Of a stretch of 64,000 bases of DNA, positions 37,503-50,868 are shown in pieces. The stretch's first letter is position 1. Every line of letters begins with the position of its first letter. The notes beneath the pieces were generated by a model. That model had not been told where the DNA came from. It saw nothing but the letters and a program-made list of their open reading frames with translations, and ran no database searches. The DNA is from Hydrolagus affinis (Eukaryota): contig JAAILG010001064.1 in the NCBI GenBank assembly GCA_012026655.1, positions 1 to 64,000 of the forward strand, in the 5' to 3' direction. A program made the translations under genes and the position numbers.

Positions 37503-37740
37503 TAATAATAATAATAATCCTTACATTTATATAGTGCTTTCCATGTCTTATCGACGTCTCAAAGCGCTTCACAGAATACAACAACGTCCCAAGGTTGGGA
37601 CCAGAGCAGGGGGGGGTGAGGGAGAAGACGAGAGGAAAGAAAAGGGGGGAGAAGAGGCAGGGACCAGAGCAGGGGGGGAGGGGCTTTAGTTGGCGGAAGG
37701 AAAGTAGGAAAATTGACTGTATATTTGTGGGAGAAACGCA
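37503..37740 (-). mobile_element. SINE tail with nested G-rich insert in the FAH 3'UTR region
   Basis: SINE tail 37503-37579 resumes at ~37711 (AATTGACTGTATATTTGTGGG). The insert contains GGGACCAGAGCAGGGGGGG twice. Confidence 0.65.
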
Positions 37741-37785
37741 AAGTAAATGGTACCAATGCTGTGAATATTCACTAATAAGTGTTGG

Positions 37786-37859
37786 AATAAACCATGAGGT
37801 CTCTTATTGTTAAGTACTGGTAGGAACAAAAAACAAAAGAGGTTTAACTCTTAAATAAA
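37786..37859 (+). terminator. FAH: Candidate FAH polyadenylation signals
   Basis: AATAAA at 37786-37791 and 37854-37859, the first canonical hexamers I found after the stop. Confidence 0.5.
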
Positions 37860-38559
37860 AGTTGCCATTTAATCAATTTTTTTGCCACGGCAATGTTTAC
37901 AGCACGAGACACAAAATAATGACCTCTCCCATTAATCCTACAAATTAAGAATCAGACACAGAAACTTGGATCTCCTCTGCTGCCTGGTTTTCCTATAAAT
38001 ACCGTAGAATATTTCTGTAATGGTCTAAAATATTAGCAAAAACAGTGGCTATTTGAGATTAAGTCGCAATGTTTGGTTTAAGTGCATTGATTGGGTGTTG
38101 ATAGAAAGAACACAGCATTTCACATGCACCGCCAGGGAGCTGCACCCGTATCTGAGTGACTGAAATCAATGGAAATTGCTCTTCAATTGAAATGACTTCT
38201 CACAGAGCTATTCTGTTCTGGAAATTGGCACAGAGCAATCAAGAGCAGTGCATTACATTGGAGCAAGGAAAACGCACCATTATTGATTTTGATACAGCCA
38301 TTGGGACTGCTTATAAATCAAAGCATTATATTAACTACTGCTGCAGAAAATTGCACTGATTTTATGGCCCAGAAACTCTAAAGTATTTTAATATGTATGT
38401 GGGAAACATAGATTATATGTTATATAGAATATAGTTTGTCTTTGTAACAAAATTACTACAATATTGTTGAAGTAGGTAAATACTTGTCAGTGTTAAATAT
38501 TTGTTGCATTGAGAGCAATTCCCATGGATGTCATTGCTTTTATGATGGAGACGACTAGA

Positions 38560-38695
38560 TAATCATAGAATTTTACAGCACAAAAGGAGGCCATTCGGCC
38601 TGTCTAGTCTGTGCCAGCTCTTTGAAAAGAGCTATTCAAAGTCAATCCCACTCCCCGGCTCTCTCCCCATAACCCCACAAACCTGTCCTCCCCAA
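38560..38695 (-). mobile_element. CR1-type LINE 3' tail
   Basis: AATCATAGAATTTTACAGCACAAAAGGAGGCCATTCGGCCTGTCTAGTCTGTGCCAGCTC. Confidence 0.75.
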
Positions 38696-41600
38696 ATCAT
38701 GAAATTAATCTGCTTTAAAATAGTAGGGAAACTTACACAGCACAATTATGTATTTTAGTTAGGAGGTATCTTCATCTAAAATCTTTGACAAACTATGTCA
38801 TGCTTTTACATTGGGGTTAATTTGCAATATTCAATGTGCTAATGTGGTTTGTGAATATCGATGCCAATGCACTTTCATTGGGAATGGTCAACTTTCAGGA
38901 TTTGACTTTTGCAAATCTCATAGTTTAGTATAGTATTCATGACTTGGAACATTGAATTGTCACACTAAATATGCTTTTAGATTCAATGTCATGTGAACTG
39001 AAGGCACAGTAAATACACAGTGATTGTAGTTGGTTTCAAACTATCCAAATCACAAGTGACCACAGCACAGTTCAGCAAGAAGCCAAGGCAACATATGATG
39101 TTTTTCAATAATAACACAGTTAACCCATTAAGATGTTTCTTATCACTTCAAACAAGATCAGTCAAGCCATTACATTTCAGTAGATTTCATTTTTGTGTAT
39201 AATTGACCTAAACTCTGTTGTTTCCTGTTTAGAATAAGGAAATGACAATGAAACTTATGTTTAATAATAACATTGTATTTGTGCACAAGAATGCAAATTT
39301 GTTTCCAGAAACCATAATATTTTTGAACATTCACCAGTTTACTGAGTTGTAGAGAAATAATGTGATATTCCCAATCTCCCCGGTACATTATACAATAGAT
39401 TGACTTTTGCAGTCTTCTAAAAGGGTGTTGGTGAGGGTGGGGGCGGGTGGGGTGAGGAAACCTATTCATGACATTTTACAGGTATTATCTTTAAATGCAA
39501 CCTTAATTTATGTTGATATTGATAAATGTAACCTTCATCAAAACAAGACAATAAAGGCATTTAAAGGAATAAAGGCAAAATTACTTTGAACATTTTATAT
39601 TTGAAAACCACTTCTGTGAAAGTTAAACTCCTTAGACTGGTGCTTTTTATGGGCCATCTTAGCTTCTTAATGTGTGGAGCCCATAAAGTATGTGGAGAGG
39701 GTGGCTGTGTAGTGATTCATTGCACCTGATATCTGCCAAGGGTAAATGGCCACATAACTCACAGGAAATTTGCTCATGAATAATAGCAGGTGCTTTTCTC
39801 AAAGGAGAGAGCTCCAAAAATCAAGAACCAGCAAATAGTTTGGCTTAATATTTTACATTAATCTGCTGTACAGTATTGTTAAATCTGTGTCCTGATTTTA
39901 ATTCGTGGATAATGAAACAAACACCTTTTTTCCTGAATATCTTTCCAAACGGTTTTCAGTTCATTTGTCCAATTATTTTTCCTATAGAATTTGTGAAATC
40001 CGCAGAACAGAAAGATTTGCGTTCATCAACTGGGCCTTCACGTTGATAGAAAAAAATGCACATTTCTTGGTGTTCCGGTAAAACGCATAAGTATTGCAAT
40101 CGTTCCCAATGTGAAGATTAAATGTGATAGATTATCTCTTCAATATTCAACTTTCTGTGATTTATTCCCCGAGCCTCACTGAGTAACTTCATGGCAAATG
40201 CTGATGTTTTTCTGTAATTAGTCTACATTAGCAGATTAATTTCAGACCAGTAGCAATGTTTAGATGCAAACTGTGGTTGGGCTGGTTAGCTCTACTGCTG
40301 GAGGAGTTTTATTGCTGCACTGTGTTGTCAATGCAGTATCCATTGAGCAGACAGACAAGGTTACAAAGCTCTTATTTCACAACCCATTGCAAGCTAAGTT
40401 CAATAAATCAAGTGTATTTTAAACTCTGTATCTGAAAGTGAGTGAAATCCTTCGAGAATATTAATGTGACCCAAGGGTTACAATTGTCAGCTGTGCGTTT
40501 AACAGCAGAAGTACGATGGGTTTCTATCCTCATTAATAGCACATACATCACTCAACACCCAGTATATTGCACCACTGTGAATATTATTTGATGAATGAAA
40601 TGTGAATATGTGCCCCAGGTTATTTTCTTAGAGTAACCTGCTTGCAGATATCTTCACTGCCCTTCAGACAGTATTAGGTAATGTTATGACTGAAGCTACT
40701 TTAGATTCCATCTGACATCCAAAGTTTTTCACTTCCAGCTTGTTTATTCATAATTGCGAAGACGAGGTTTCTCAACTGAACACTGATGGCGGATCCTGGT
40801 CTGTTTCCTAAGGCGTTCTTTAAGGTTAACTTTTTTCACCAAGGTTCACTTGCCCAGAATAAAAATAAATACACAACTATCTTTATACGTTTCCAATTAA
40901 TTTAATTCCATGGTTCAATTTTCAAGCTACTGTTTTATAAGTGCTACCTAAGAAGATTGGTGGGATTGCATAAGAGCAGTGCAACATAAGATGGTCAGTT
41001 GTAGTAGGCAATGTAACAGGCCATAATAAGGGACATATTAAGGGACATAATAAAGACAATACTTGCAACAGAGGAGAGAAAAATTGGAGCCTGGAACAAT
41101 TGTGGTATTCGGTCCTGAATACTGAAAACGTCTGTCTACCAGTTTAAAGAGGGAAACATGCTATGGGATTTAATAGTTTAAATGGAGTCATTAAGATAGC
41201 AATGTATTGCACACACATAATAAAACACCAACCTCTCATTAAAAAATATTCCTACGTGAAAGCAGTCAGCCAGAGGTTCACAACACTAAAAAAAAGTAAC
41301 AAATTTGTTACATATTCACAGGAGAGACAAAGCCATAATTTGCTTTTTAGTAGATCAGGATCCCTAAGTATTTAATGGAATAAAATAGCTCATCGTGAAC
41401 TCATTTTACATTACAGTGCCTTATGCCTTATAAAATCTGATCAGTGTCTGCAGGGAAAACTGAGTTTATAAAAAATGAAATGGTGTTAAATGTGTGTTTT
41501 ATACCAAGAACTTTTGATTATGTTGGAAATTATACCTCCTATGGAATGATTTCAGACTAAAGTCAGTGCTTGATAAAAAATACAATTTATGGAATTAAGA

Positions 41601-42177
41601 AGTACATTTACTGCTAAAAAGTATCTAAACACAATCCGAGATTGGAATACTTGAATCCGTTTGCAGTCACACTTTTTCTTTATCTAAAAAGTGATGGCTG
41701 TCACTTGATTACATAAATGAGAATCTGCTCACTGCAACTGCAATATCCTCAAGCAAAACGCCAACAATGCGTATTGAGTGGTATTGAATAACGACAACAA
41801 CAAAATTACATTTGTATAGCACCTTTCACATTGGATAGCTAATACGTCATACAACATAATCCAAGTTGTGTGTGTGATAGCATCGTCACATTGTTCTGCA
41901 TTTCACTTCTAAGTAGCACTAACTGTAACATTTAATTTTAAAGGACTTTATACAGAACCACATTATTAATGATGATTTCAATGCAATGAGACATATTGAC
42001 ACCAAGACAATTGATTGATTGCTGCTATTTTCATTCAGACATACATTCATTCCAAACGATTAAATTAAAATGTACTCAATCAATTCACATTTACCAATGA
42101 CTGACTTACTTAAAATTGGTTAAGAAAAACATTCTTCATTTAAATTTTGTTTAAAACAAAGGGTTTGGAGAATGTTA

Positions 42178-42285
42178 TGCTTCACCCACAAAATATACAG
42201 TCAATTCATTTTCCAATATATTTTTTGAAGCTTTTGAGACATTTTAATGATGTGATCAGGCGCTACATCAAATGCAAGGATTAAA
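42178..42285 (+). mobile_element. SINE tail fragment
   Basis: CCCACAAAATATACAGTCAATTCA...GCGCTACATCAAATGCAAGGATTA. Confidence 0.7.
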
Positions 42286-42752
42286 ATTAGTGATTTAACA
42301 GCTTTTGTTCAATAATTCTGCCTGTACAGGTGCAATAAGGACATTGCTTGTGTAGTAGTGTGAACTTGGAATGCACACTTATATTGCCTGCTTTTTCGAC
42401 TAATGGATAATGGAAGTTTGGAAGCATACATTCAGAAGCAGGCAGTTACTTGAGGCCTGCAGTTTTGATTCATTAGATTAAGTATTGGCTGTGTTTTAAT
42501 TGATTGCTGATTGGGCTCAGTTGACACTGGTGCTTGAGAAGATGAATTGCTTTTTCTTAATTAACAATTCCAGTGGTAAGAGGTCAGTGGAGTGAGTGTG
42601 TGATCCATAAAATAAAGTGTTAATGATGAGAGTTTGGGCTGAGGCAGAGATGGTCATAAGATACAAGCCGAAGGTCAGTTGTGAAATGGTTGAGTTCCTT
42701 ATTTAGTCCCTGTGACGAGTGCAATAATTGGAAATATAAGAATGACAGTGGA

Positions 42753-42950
42753 TAATAATCCTTGCATTTATATGGAGCTTTATATTGTTGAAATGACTCA
42801 AAGCGCTTCACATGATTTGCTCTCAAGTGTAGTGTATTTGATAGTAATCCTTACATTCGGTATAGCTCCTTTCATATATGTTTCAATGCGCTTCACGGAA
42901 TTTTACTGTGGAGTGCGTTTGTAGATGAACATGGCAGTGTATTTGTGTAT
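42753..42950 (-). mobile_element. Two tandem SINE/L2 tail fragments
   Basis: ATAATCCTTGCATTTATATGGAGC...AGCGCTTCACA and GTAATCCTTACATTCGGTATAGC...GCGCTTCACGG. Confidence 0.6.
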
Positions 42951-44587
42951 TTTTTACTGTAGAAAATATTATTATTGGCTTCTACTGTTTCTATTAGTTA
43001 TTATTAGTTTCTACTGGCAGAAAAGATCTTGTGGAATCTTCAGTTTATAGGGAAGAGAAACATAACGTTTTGTATTGGCTTTTCTGTTGAACAAACAAAC
43101 TTTGTGCCAATTGGAGTTACATTGGAGCTGATCTGAGGCACAGCTGATGTGTTGGAAGGCTCGCGGCTTGCAGTGATATTGAAACTAATGACTGGCAGTG
43201 GACAGTTAATGCCAGCGCAATAAAAATTCTCCGCTTGGCTTCAGTGCTCAAAATGAAGTATAATAACACTGCAGATGGTGAAAATTTGCCTGGGTTCAAA
43301 GTAACTTTGTGATTTGTTCATTAAATAAGCCTCAGACTGCTGTATAGTCGTTTATCAGTGCTTTTTAATACTACTGTCGTTTGCTGCCAATAATGATGGA
43401 ATTATGTAAGTGATTGATAAAATGCTACAACAATACGTCCTTATGTATTCTGCTGCCTTCATGTTTTGGAAGCACCCTCTTTCACTGGAAAAGTCAATAT
43501 ACAGTATTCAAATTTTCTAAACTGCTGAGTCAATAGCCTACATATCTAATGATTCACAGGGAAATAAAAAAAGTCTTTACGTTAAAAACGGCAGTCAGTA
43601 AATCGACAATAAGTTGTCACACACTTATTGATATTGTGGCACTTGAAGATTTGAACCTCTGTTGTATAATCCTGAAAATTACAGTTTTTTGTCTGTACAA
43701 TGAATGCTCTTTTCCAATTTTAAAAAATTTTTACTTCCACAAATTGGTACAAAAATAAGTGTTGCTTTTATTGTTTTCTACATCGTTTTGCTGACCTCCA
43801 CTTTATGAGGTGGCTATTCATCTGTTCAACAAATTGCTCTAATTCTGTTTGTAGCTTGACAGTACGGACAATGTGGCTCATTGCTCTGTGTTTTTCTGTA
43901 AAACGGAACTTCTGAGTCAATATTAGAACTGACTGTATGTTCTCAAAATGTTGTTTGCCTAACCCTAATGAACTAACCTGTACTTCACTGGCTTCTCAAA
44001 AGCATCAATTGCAGTCTCCATTGAAGTGGCAAACTCAACATAATGTGCTGAAGTTTTAGCCAGTGACTGAAAAAGGATTTCTTTTAACTGCTAATGCTAA
44101 ATGCTAATTTAATGTAGCATCAAATGCAGATTAATCAATGTTCAACCAATCTGGGAACACGTATTCGAGACTCAAATCATCCACGGATGGAAATGCATCT
44201 TGTATTCAGGTTAAATTTAACATGCCACCCCCCCACACCCCCACCCTCCATGTGATATTGCTGGAAATAACTAAACTTATAGGGTGGTTTGTTTTGCTCT
44301 TGAGCTCTGCAGCTTTCACAAAAAAAAGAACACATTGAAAACTGATCTCTATTTTATTTTAATGGAGCAAACCTCTTCATTGCAAATGCAACATGAAACA
44401 GCTTTAAATTACAGGTAGGTATTGAATTGAATTTGTGGTGTTAAAATGCCTGACCTTGCCAAGAATCCTTTCATCTTTCCAAGATCAGAGGACGTTCCAG
44501 ATGTTCTCAACAAAACACCTCAAAGTGGCTTTGATATTCTCTGATCACAGTAATTAAAACAGTTGTTTGTGTCCAAATTTAAAGAGC

Positions 44588-44637
44588 TCTAGGTTAGCTC
44601 TGTGATGACCAATCTAGGTTAGCTCTGTGATGACCAA
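44588..44637. repeat. Perfect 25-bp tandem duplication
   Basis: TCTAGGTTAGCTCTGTGATGACCAA x2. Confidence 0.95.
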
Positions 44638-44789
44638 TATTGGTGTGTGATATTAGCTGTGTTTAATAGTCAGGGACAGAATAAGGTCTTTAATTTGATC
44701 ACAAGATTGGTTCAGATGAAGAAAACCCTTGAGCCCATCTCATCTCATCAAGAACATCCATCCTCCCATCACAGTATCAAGGTTTTTTT

Positions 44790-44945
44790 TTAATCATGAG
44801 ATTATACAGCACAGAAGGAGGCCATTCATCTGAACGTGTCAGTGCCGGTTCATTGAAAAGAGCTGTCCAAATCAATCCCACTCCCCCGCTCTCCATATAG
44901 CCCTGCAAACCTGGCCTCCCCCCAAAAAACTATCCACTTTTCTCT
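44790..44945 (-). mobile_element. CR1-type LINE 3' tail
   Basis: AATCATGAGATTATACAGCACAGAAGGAGGCCATTCATC...AATCCCACTCCCCCGCTCTCC. Confidence 0.7.
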
Positions 44946-45664
44946 TAAAAGTTGTTAATTGAAAAACTTTCTCCTCCCCTCCCCTCTGTTTCTTTTAACA
45001 ACTATTTTAAATCCATAGTTTCCTAGCCTCAACCTTCTTCCTTCACATCCAGTTCCACAATGGTTGAGGCACATAAGAAAGGCTGATCCACTGTCAATCA
45101 CTGTGCCCCGAAACTCTGGAACTCTCTCCCCCAATCCCTCCCTTGCCCATCGCCTCCTCATTTCCAAACCTCACCTAAAGACCTTCCTTTTTGATCATGC
45201 TTTATTCCTTAGTAATAAATATGAAAATATCTTTGGTTTCATCCATGAATGAAAGTGGGAAAGCAAGATTAAACCCAGAATTTTAATTTCATCCACTTAC
45301 TGGGAAGCGAGAGATTTGAGTTTTCTGAGGATATCAGCCATTTTTTTTGAATGGGGCTTTCTATTATATGACACAATGTGTATAGCCATTAGCTTTAAAT
45401 TTAAACGTCTTTAATTTCAAGGTAGTAGTGGTCCTGTGAGTGAGGAGACCGACTTATATGTCTAACTCTTAAGATTCATAACATATTGTTCATTAAATTC
45501 TAATTAATGTGTTATGTTAATGTGTTGTGTTACGTAATTACCCAATGAAACTAATCATAGGTGATTCCATAATTCTTTCCATTGGTTAATCAAATCATTA
45601 AAATACTCTGCATATCCAGCCACTTGGCAATAGATAACACAACTCGCAAATTAGAGTCCATTTA

Positions 45665-46057
45665 TAATAACAATCTTTGCATTTGATATAATACCGTTTT
45701 CACGTCTTCTAGACATCCTAAAGCGCTTCACAGAATATTCTGTAAAGTGAATTGACTGTTTATATATATAATGTATACAGTAGATATATATACAGTATGT
45801 GGGCAAAATGCAGGAGCCAATTGTGCACAACAGTGTCCCACAAATAGTTGTGGATTCAAATGAGTAATTTAATATTTTTTTGAGAGATTATTATTAGGCG
45901 TGTGGAGTAAGGAAACTTGCCTACGGTTTCACCCTGCCTGGAATTGAACCCAAGTCTCTCATTTGGGACGTCCTCCCGCCATGAAAAGCACTCTACAAAT
46001 GTAATTTTGTTGTTGTTGTGGTAAGGTGAGTGCTCTCACCACTGAGCTACAGAACTA
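45665..46057 (-). mobile_element. Full-length tRNA-Deu-L2 SINE with nested opposite-strand L2 tail (~45964-46020)
   Basis: Tail, Deu core and head are all present. The head is split by GGGACGTCCTCC...GAAAAGCACTCTACAAATGTAATT(TTG)n. Confidence 0.85.
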
Positions 46058-46818
46058 CAAATAAAGTGAATACTGTACATAGAAGTATTATCAGTTGCGG
46101 CGACCAAATTTATTCTTTGATCCAAGAGTTAATAATTAATTCCATGGTGGATGATTGTTTCCAATGAGACAAATCTCACAGGTGACATCAGGTCATCAAA
46201 TTGTTAAGATAATGATGTGAGTGAAAAATCAACATATCAGGTTTGAAAAATCATTGAGGCCATAAAGGCTGATTGTAAGGTGATGATTAGCAAGATGCAT
46301 TAACAATATCAACTCATGTCAATCGATTGAAAGGCAGAAGGTAATAGCAATTTGCTGCCTTTGTCTGTCTGTAGATGCTGATTCCAATCCCTTGCTTTGG
46401 TCAGTACATGTGAATGTAAGTATGCCCTTTCCAAAATAATGTCATTGCCATTGCAATGCCTACAGAAACGAGAAGCGATTTTGGAACAAGGCAGCCTGCG
46501 TGTGATCTTTATGATGGTTAATACCATTTATGTTCAAAGATAAAATACTTTTTTTGACCAACTTCTCAGGCTGCATAATCTGCGTAATGTATAATACAGT
46601 GTTATTGATCCAGGACATTGTGTCCTAAAAGAAAATAGATGTGTAAGATAAACATGACTTTTTTTTGCTGAGGCACTTATTCACATGCATTTTCTCAGTG
46701 AACAATGTTGCTGTATTATGTTCAGCGCTTATTATCAAATCCTGCCTTGAAGGTAAACTGATCATTCACAGTCTCTCCATTTAAGTGAATAGATTGGAGT
46801 CTTTCCATCGTCTTTTGT

Positions 46819-47079
<261 letters not shown>

Positions 47080-48334
47080 TCAGCACAGGTTATTTAATCT
47101 ATCTCCATTTTATTTCTCAGAACTATCCCTTCCCCAGAGAGGAGAATGGATGAGCAAATTGCCGAATCCTCCATTTGCTTCTTGGACCAATCACCAGAAA
47201 GTGTGCATGTAGCTGAAAATATTTTACCCTCTCCTTTCCCCTCACCCCCACCTCAATACAATGCTCTGTCACAACTTTGCATAGAAACAACAAGATCCAT
47301 TATATCCCCTGATAAAGGGAGGGATCTATATTGTGGTGTATTTAATGCCATTCCTTCATAATTTCTTCCCTGTGAATGGTTTTGTGCTTCATATCATTGT
47401 CAGAGTTCCAAACTTCCATTCACCAAAATAATTCTTAAGGAATCACACAAAGATACAGCACATTTTAGTGGAATGTTAGGGTTGTAGCTTTGGCTAGTCG
47501 CCAGTGGAATATGATTGACTCTCATAACAATTATCTCAGCCATATTACCACCAGAACAGTACAAGGCAGGCAATATTTCAGGATTTCGGCAATCTAAAAT
47601 CCACTTTTAACCATAAAGCTGTGCATCGACCAGACTCACCTATTTGGTTCAAATGCACATCAAGTTTGATGATATAAAGCCACACCAGCAAGGATGTTTT
47701 CTCATACGGGGATGCTGAAAACCCTTTGCAAGTTAAACATTTCACTATTGGTGTGGAATTCAATTCAATTTGAAAAATGTGTTTTGGATCATGGCCGTAG
47801 AGCTATTGGAAATAATGTGTCCCAGACCCCATCAAAACTAAATCCACTATTTGATTTCTGCTGCGATTAGTTTTTCAGCATGCTCCAGTGCTCTTGATGC
47901 TTGACCTAGTAATATACTCTTTGCAACAACTATAATTCATCTCGATTCCCTTCCTCACTGGGTAGATATTACACCAAATAAACTGCAAGTACAATTTATA
48001 TCAAGCCTAAAATAATGTGTAACAAGGTACCCGATCATCAGAACCACAAATCTATAATCATTTTCAAGTACCTATATAGTTTTTCACAGCACCGAGAGAA
48101 AAGTCAGCTTTATTTGGATTCCTGCCACTTGGTTTAAAAGATAAGGTACTTAACTTGAATCCCAAATCAATCACTTGAAATGCTTAGGGATTTTTTTTTA
48201 AATCTTACACTATAATATAATGCATATGGTAGGTATTGAAATTATTTTAGTGTATTGGCAATTTGAAAATAGAATGACCTTGAATAGACAGGAGGAAATT
48301 TATCCTAGTGGACCTAAAATAATGTAATAATAAT

Positions 48335-49712
48335 ACATGGACCATCTCTGACACTTCCCTTCCTTGACTTCACCATCTCTACATCAGGCAACTGCCTGTC
48401 CACAGACATCTTTTACAAATCCACTAACTCCCACAGCTACCTTCACTACACTTCATCCCACCCGGCCTCTTGCAAAGATGCCATCCCTTTTCCCAGTTCC
48501 TCCGCCTCCGCCGCATCTGCTCTGACGATGCAACATTTCATACCAGAGTGACTGAGATGTCTACATTTTTCCTCTACTGAGGATTCCCACCAACCATGGT
48601 AGCAAAGGCCCTTGATTATGTCCGTCCGATTTCCCGCATCTCCACCCTCACCCCTTTCCCCCCATCGAGGAATCGTGATGGGGTCCCCTTGGTCCTCACT
48701 TACCACCCTACCAGCCTCACTATTCAACACATCATCCGCAGAAACTTCCGTCATCTGCAACGTGACCCATCCACCAAGGATATATTTCCCTCCCCTCTCC
48801 GTATTCCGAAGGGACCGTTCCCTCCGGGATTCTTTGTCTCCATTGTCAGCACCACCAGCTGCTCTCCTTCCTCTGGCACCTTCCCGTGTCAGCGCAGGAG
48901 ATGTAACACCTGCCCTTTCACCTCCACCCAAACCACTCTCCAGGGACCAAAACACAGCTTCCATGTGAGACAGCGGTTCACGTGTACTACCACCCATGTA
49001 GTATACTGCATCCGCTGCTCACGGTGTGGTCTCCTCTACATTGGGGAGACTAAGCGCAGATTGGGAGACCGATTTGCAGAGCATCTTCGCTCTGTACGGA
49101 AGGTCAACTTTGATCTTCCAGTCTCTCTCCATTTCAACTTGCGCTCACATTCAGAGACTGATCTTTCGCTTTCGATCCATGGTCTCCTGTGCTGTTCCAG
49201 TGACCTACAGCGAAAGCTTGAGGAACAGCACCTCATTTATCTACTGGGGACACGACAGCCGTCTGGCCTCAATATTGATTTCAGCCATTTCAGGAGTTTT
49301 CACCCCCAACCCCCACCTTCCCCCATCACAATCATAACTCCAGACAGCCCCTGCCTCCCTCGTGTTTTGTTTATTCTATCACCACTAAACACCTCTTCTC
49401 CCCAGTTTCGTTGAAACCCACCCACTTCTGTTTCTCCCCCTGAAGCCATTAATACATATTCAACTCATCAGTTAACACGCTCTTTTTTCCTTTCCCTTTG
49501 TCTTCTTTGTCTCCTTTGTCTTCCATGTCCTGCCTCTCCCCCTTTAACGTCCTTAAGAAACCTCTCCCTTCAAACAAGCCCCAGTTCTGACGAAGGGTTG
49601 TAGACCCGAAACGTTGACTCTTTTTCCTTTCTCCATGGATGCTGCTTAACCTGCTGAGTTTCCCCAGCAACTTTTGTTTCAGATTCCCAGCATCTGTAGT
49701 ATTTTGTGTTTA
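48335..49712 (+). mobile_element. Penelope-like retroelement, 5'-truncated (RT C-terminus, GIY-YIG endonuclease, terminal repeat)
   Basis: The RT thumb reads LPFLD...TDIFYKSTNSHSYLHYTSSHP..CKDAIPF. The endonuclease region has the PC...RCNTC linker, VVYCIRCSRCGLLYIGETKRRLGDRFAEH, LPVSLHFN and EQHLIYLLGTRQPSGLN. Frameshifts and stops make it inactive. Confidence 0.93.
49583..49619 (+). ncRNA. Minimal type I hammerhead ribozyme motif in the Penelope terminal repeat
   Basis: AGTT-CTGACGA-A-GGGTT(GTA)GACCC-GAA-ACGT-T-GACT: stem I, CUGANGA core, stem II, GAAA and a palindromic ACGU stem III. Confidence 0.75.
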
Positions 49713-50661
49713 ATTTGGTGTCCTGGATGACTCCCCCTCAGATAAAATTGTTTGGTTGTGGGACACTGCTGTGAGTAAATCGTTACCATGTTCGTTCCCA
49801 AAATAAAGTCACTACACTTCACAGTAATTCTGTCATGCAGTCCTGCAAGATATATTCCTGAAACATAACATTAGGTGGAAGGCAAAGTATCTATTACTGT
49901 GAAAAAAAGGTCACAATGTAGACACCGAGGATTCAGCTGCCCAATGTTGCTCTTCTTGTTGTTGTTGTAAATCTCCTGAAAGCCAGTTGCATCTGAGACT
50001 AAAAATGTAGTGGGGGAAGGAGGGTAGGGGGGTAGGAAATATGATGGATAGATGCAATTAGAGGCTACAGTACATTCTTTCCACTCTGGTAGACATTGCT
50101 GGAAAAAAAAATCTCCCCCATGATTCGAAAGGAAAATTCAGCAAAATTCTCTTGTTTTGAAATTCATCATAAATTAAGTGATGTTAGTTAACTGCTGCCG
50201 AGCTACAAATTGCTTTTCTTCTGACTTGGAATTAATTTTTCCCAGCATTATTTCATTGTCCAGTGTATTCAGCTTTAGTTCCCTATCTGCAAGAAATGTT
50301 TATGATGCACAGTATTGATCTTGCTCTGGAGAATGTCCTCGGCTTCGTGACTCTTGTACATCTGAGATGAGTTATGAATGTGTGCAGCTTTTGATAATTA
50401 CAGCCAAAGGGCCTGAATGTGCAATGATAATAGGCAAACCCAGTTGAAAAAAAATTATAGCTGACTTTAGCGTTATCGCTTAAGTATTCCAATGTTCATT
50501 TCTGAAGGACATGCAGCAGTTCCTCTACCAAAGTTTTTAATGCTTTCATCAACCAGTCCCCAAAAAATTAACTATCAGCACTTGCATGTTACACCTTGAA
50601 TGCAAAGCTCAAGAGAATTGGACAAGAGAGAATTGAGATTTTATAATTGAGTATGAACACA

Positions 50662-50868
50662 ACGCAAAATAGTGTATATGCTGGAGATCTGCAACAAAAA
50701 CAGAAGTCACTGTGAACACTCAGCAGGTCAGGCAGCATCTATGGAGAAAGGAAAGTGAGTCAACGTTTCGGGTCCATGACCCTTCTGAGGAAGCATTGAT
50801 TCACTTTCCTTTCTCTTTAGATGCTGCCTGACCTGCTGAGTGTTCCCAGCGACTTTTGCTTTTGTTTA
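50662..50868. repeat. Palindromic Penelope-terminal-repeat-derived element
   Basis: Arms of ~73 bp (~50693-50765 and 50794-50866) are reverse complements and match 49611-49710. The centre retains CGTTTCGGGTC..GACCCTTC. Confidence 0.85.

Noticed and set aside
48446-48997. 183-aa minus-strand ORF
   Set aside because: It is the antisense shadow of the Penelope coding region.
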